From NCBI GenBank assembly GCA_027066595.1, contig JAMONG010000114.1:1-42214 (forward strand): a stretch of DNA of 42,214 bases. Reading direction: 5' to 3'. Source of the stretch: Sulfurovum sp. (GTDB lineage Bacteria; Campylobacterota; Campylobacteria; Campylobacterales; Sulfurovaceae). Positions 39,086 through 42,214 of this stretch are shown one piece after another. Both the position numbers and the translations under genes were made by a program. Under the pieces are notes generated by a model, which was given only the letters and a program-made list of their open reading frames with translations, searched no databases and was not told where the DNA came from. Positions within the stretch are counted from its first letter, which is position 1; each line of letters opens with the position of its first letter.

Positions 39086-39152
39086 GTAGGTGTTGTAATA
39101 TTACAACACCTTTTATTTTTTTATTTGGTGTTGTCAAGGGACAACACCCTAC
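39086..39152. repeat. Inverted pair of GTAG-type REP hairpins (REPIN-like)
   Basis: GTAG-GTGTTGT-aatatt-ACAACACC, a T-rich spacer, then GGTGTTGTC-aagg-GACAACACC-CTAC. Confidence 0.75.
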
Positions 39153-39159
39153 AATTTTT

Positions 39160-40116
39160 CTATGGAATCGGTACAGCCGAAAGAATTTTTTCTATAATCT
39201 CATCGGTAGTCATATCTTCAGCCTGTGCTTCATAAGAGAGTATAATACGATGACGCAATATTTCTTTGGCAATATACGCTATTTCCAATGGTGAGACATA
39301 ATCTTGTCCCTTTAAGTATGCGATGGCACGACTCGCCTTATACATATCTATACTTGCTCTTGGGCTCGCCCCAAATTCTATATAGGCTTCAAGTTCTTCT
39401 AAACCATAGGCTTTAGGATCACGAGTAGCAGAAACAAGTTCTATGATGTACTTTTCTATCTCTTCATCTATATGTACCGCCAAAGCCTCTTCTCTTATCT
39501 TATTAAGGTCTTCTAGCGTAGCTACTTGTTCTATGGTTCCAAAACTATTGTTTGCTACACGACGAGCGATTTCAAGTTCTTCTTCTTTGGTGTTATAACC
39601 CACAACCAGTTTCATCATAAACCTGTCTAATTGTGCTTCTGGAAGCTCATATGCTCCTTCTTGCTCTACAGGGTTTTGTGTTGCCATTACTAGAAATGGC
39701 AAGTCTATTTTAAATGTCTCATCCCCTATAGTAACCTGACGCTCTTGCATCACTTCAAGAAGGGCTGATTGTACTTTAGCAGGTGCTCTATTTATTTCAT
39801 CTGCTAATAATAAATTTGTAAATATAGGCCCCTGTTTTATTTTAAAGGTATTGTTAGAGGGGTCATAAATTTCAGTTCCTATAATATCTGAGGGAAGTAA
39901 ATCTGGGGTAAATTGTACACGTTTAAAGTCAAGACCTAATGTCTTAGCTAATGCATTGACTGCAGTGGTCTTTGCAAGTCCTGGCACACCCTCAAGTAAT
40001 ATATGTCCTCGACAAAGAAGCCCTGCTAACAGACCTTCAACCATTTTATCTTGCCCTACAAGGACTTTAGATATTTCTGTTTTTATATTTGTAATAATTT
40101 GATTTTGTTGGCTCAA
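39160..40116 (-). CDS. moxR: MoxR-family AAA+ ATPase
   Basis: Motifs EGVPGLAKT, RVQFTPDLLPSD, LADEINRAP, ATQNP, LPEAQLDRF and GASPRA. Confidence 0.96.
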   Translation of the reverse strand: MSQQNQIITNIKTEISKVLVGQDKMVEGLLAGLLCRGHILLEGVPGLAKTTAVNALAKTLGLDFKRVQFTPDLLPSDIIGTEIYDPSNNTFKIKQGPIFTNLLLADEINRAPAKVQSALLEVMQERQVTIGDETFKIDLPFLVMATQNPVEQEGAYELPEAQLDRFMMKLVVGYNTKEEELEIARRVANNSFGTIEQVATLEDLNKIREEALAVHIDEEIEKYIIELVSATRDPKAYGLEELEAYIEFGASPRASIDMYKASRAIAYLKGQDYVSPLEIAYIAKEILRHRIILSYEAQAEDMTTDEIIEKILSAVPIP

Positions 40117-40182
40117 GTCTTTCTCCTAAATTAAGTGATTAGGAGAATTTTACTTGATTGAAGTTAATAGAAGTTTAATATA

Positions 40183-40794
40183 TTAAAAGTCGTAAGTAAC
40201 CCCAAGAGTAAAACTATCTACCTTAGAGGCATACTTACCTTCAGGCTTTGTAGTTTCTTTGTCTATATATCTTACTGCATCGATAAAAACTGACCAATTA
40301 TCACTAAAGTCATAGTCTAAACCTGCACCAAAACTAAAGTCGCTTTGTGTGGTCGTATCATTGCTAATACCATTAAATGCCACTTCATTCTCAAAGCTTA
40401 TTTTACTCTGTGCATATCCAGCAAGTCCATAGACTGTAACTGTATCATTTATTGGATATTGTGGTTTAAGGTACAGTCCCATACTATAGTCATGTCCTAA
40501 CTGATCTGATTCACTTATACCATACGTTCCTCTAGCTTCTACACCTAAGTACTTCATAAAGTTATACCCTAATTTTACAACGGCACTATAGGCTGTATCT
40601 GGTCCATACAGATAGCTACTTATGCTATCTATCCCTATACCTCCACCTATATAAAAGTTAGAAGAAGTTGGTGTTAACATTGTGGGTACGACAGCTACAG
40701 GTACATCTTGAGGTACAATATTTTTACCCCCTCCTGCATAGAGTGAACTACCAAGCAATAATACTGCTAGGCTACATTTAATTGTTCTTTTCAT
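40183..40794 (-). CDS. Outer-membrane beta-barrel protein (OmpA-like TM domain/porin family)
   Basis: Likely start ATG at 40794 (MKRTIKCSLAVLLLGSSLYA). Strands FYIGGG, LGVEARG, YGLAGY and FSFGAGLDY, with C-terminal GVTYDF. Confidence 0.85.
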   Translation of the reverse strand: MKRTIKCSLAVLLLGSSLYAGGGKNIVPQDVPVAVVPTMLTPTSSNFYIGGGIGIDSISSYLYGPDTAYSAVVKLGYNFMKYLGVEARGTYGISESDQLGHDYSMGLYLKPQYPINDTVTVYGLAGYAQSKISFENEVAFNGISNDTTTQSDFSFGAGLDYDFSDNWSVFIDAVRYIDKETTKPEGKYASKVDSFTLGVTYDF

Positions 40795-41120
40795 GATTTT
40801 TCTCCTGCTACAGGTTGCTTGAGGACTGCTTGTCCTTGTAATGTACATACATACTCTTCCGAATTTTGATAATGCCATACTCTTAGTTGTGTATTCTCTG
40901 TCAATGGTCTTACGATACCACCTTGTTTTACAAGTGTTGCATCTTCTATATTACATCTATATTTACCGCTATTAGCATCAAGTGGTCCATGAGAGATTTC
41001 TACTTCACTTCCATGGTCTATCCCCCAGTTCTCACCTGAACCACCACACCCAATGAGTGTAAAAGCGGTCACTGTTACTAGAGCAAATGTTTTTGCCTGT
41101 TTAGCTATTCTCTTTTTCAT
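40791..41120 (-). CDS. Small lipoprotein of unknown function (two conserved-looking Cys in the mature part)
   Basis: Lipobox LIGC-GG. Overlaps both neighbours (TAATG and ATGA). Confidence 0.8.
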   Translation of the reverse strand: MKKRIAKQAKTFALVTVTAFTLIGCGGSGENWGIDHGSEVEISHGPLDANSGKYRCNIEDATLVKQGGIVRPLTENTQLRVWHYQNSEEYVCTLQGQAVLKQPVAGEKS

Positions 41121-42214
41121 TATCTCTCTCCAAATGTTGTTGCTTCTTTTAGTTCAGCATCTATAATGATGACCATACCACCTTTTTCTGTTGTTTTTTC
41201 CAAACGTACCGATGTCCCTGGTACAAATTTAATTCTTTGTCCATCAAAGATTGTTGCATCTGCTAATCCATTACAATGGATATCACTATATTCATATCCT
41301 GTTTCTACCTCACCTTTTTCCTTAAAGAGTGTAATAAATGCTGCATAGCTTTGTGTATCACACCCTGAAGGAGCTTCTGGTATCACCGCAGGTGCTGGTG
41401 TCCCTGTTGGTGTGGAAACATTTAATTTTATATCTCCGTTACTTGTCTCTTCTTTATTTACATTCAGTGTGCCACTAATATCAATCTTTGTTCTATTTTT
41501 TTGAGGTGTATTTTCATCTCCATAGATATATTTTACCCCACCTTCATTATCTACTTCTTCTTCGTACCATCTTGTGAAATTACGATACTCATCAGGTGAA
41601 GTATTGCCGGCAATATCTGTAGCAGAGACTTTTACATCTCCGCTTTGATCTTGAGCTTGTGTGCTTGTGGCTGTATAGCTCCCTTGGCTATCTGCTGTAA
41701 CACTTACAACTTCTCCATTAGGGTATGTTACTGTAACTGTGGCTCCTGGCTCTGTTTTTCCTTTTATAGTTACTGTACTATTGTTTTCTGGTATCACTTG
41801 ATCAATAGTTAGGTTAGCTGGTGGTGTGGTGTCTACAGTTACTGTACTCTTAGGGCTTGGTACATTTACATTCCCAGATGGGTCTGTTGCTTTGACTGTA
41901 ATATCATGTAAACCATCATCTATTGGATTTTCTGATGTAATACTATACTTTCCATCTGTACATGTGGCTGTTGGTGTAATATCTTTACCATCTACTTGTG
42001 CGGTAATCACATCATCACTTGTACATTCACCTGTGATTGCAGGTTTATTATTGCTGGTTAACGGTGCACCTATTACTTTTGGTGGCGTCAATGCTGTTGG
42101 TGCTGTAGTATCTAGTATAGATGTATCACTACCTTTAGCTCCTGTATTCCCTGCTTTATCTGTCAAGGTCACCTCTGCTGTCAATGTTCCAGTTTCTGGA
42201 ATATTGGCTATAAC
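41120..42214 (-). CDS. Large Ig-like-repeat surface protein/adhesin, C-terminal part (starts beyond the right edge)
   Basis: Bacterial Ig repeats: TDKAGN...DTTAP, DGLHDITVKATDPSGN...VDTTPP and GKTEPGATVTV...ATDIAGNTS. The frame is open to 42214. Confidence 0.88.
   Translation of the reverse strand, partial: VIANIPETGTLTAEVTLTDKAGNTGAKGSDTSILDTTAPTALTPPKVIGAPLTSNNKPAITGECTSDDVITAQVDGKDITPTATCTDGKYSITSENPIDDGLHDITVKATDPSGNVNVPSPKSTVTVDTTPPANLTIDQVIPENNSTVTIKGKTEPGATVTVTYPNGEVVSVTADSQGSYTATSTQAQDQSGDVKVSATDIAGNTSPDEYRNFTRWYEEEVDNEGGVKYIYGDENTPQKNRTKIDISGTLNVNKEETSNGDIKLNVSTPTGTPAPAVIPEAPSGCDTQSYAAFITLFKEKGEVETGYEYSDIHCNGLADATIFDGQRIKFVPGTSVRLEKTTEKGGMVIIIDAELKEATTFGER

Overview
AT-rich bacterial chromosomal window. 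Gene content and order point to Campylobacterota, probably Sulfurovum-like (inference). It is mostly core genes: partial serS, tRNA-Met(CAT), groES-groEL, two GGDEF-EAL genes, xseA-menG/ubiE-ribD, rimP-rbfA-infB-ylxR-thrB-tsaB-lpxC-M23 peptidase-DHH-nadC-nadA, plsY-folB-hsrA/cosR-ferredoxin-ppx, bamA, tyrA, a DUF389 fusion and a MoxR/Bat (VWA-TPR) operon. Four unusual elements stand out. (1) A translationally coupled trio at the right edge: Ig-repeat surface protein with a non-RTX C-terminal domain, small two-Cys lipoprotein and small outer-membrane beta-barrel. This is a candidate uncharacterised surface-display or anchoring system. (2) A five-cistron defence insertion between rimP and ribD: small protein, zeta-like P-loop protein, an unannotated 39-aa YhcG-like remnant, and a Septu-like ABC ATPase plus HNH nuclease. 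(3) A structured C/U-rich anti-SD element just after hsrA, a candidate RepG-like sRNA. (4) A GTAG-family REP doublet inside the MoxR operon. All family assignments are from motif recognition and memory; no searches were run.
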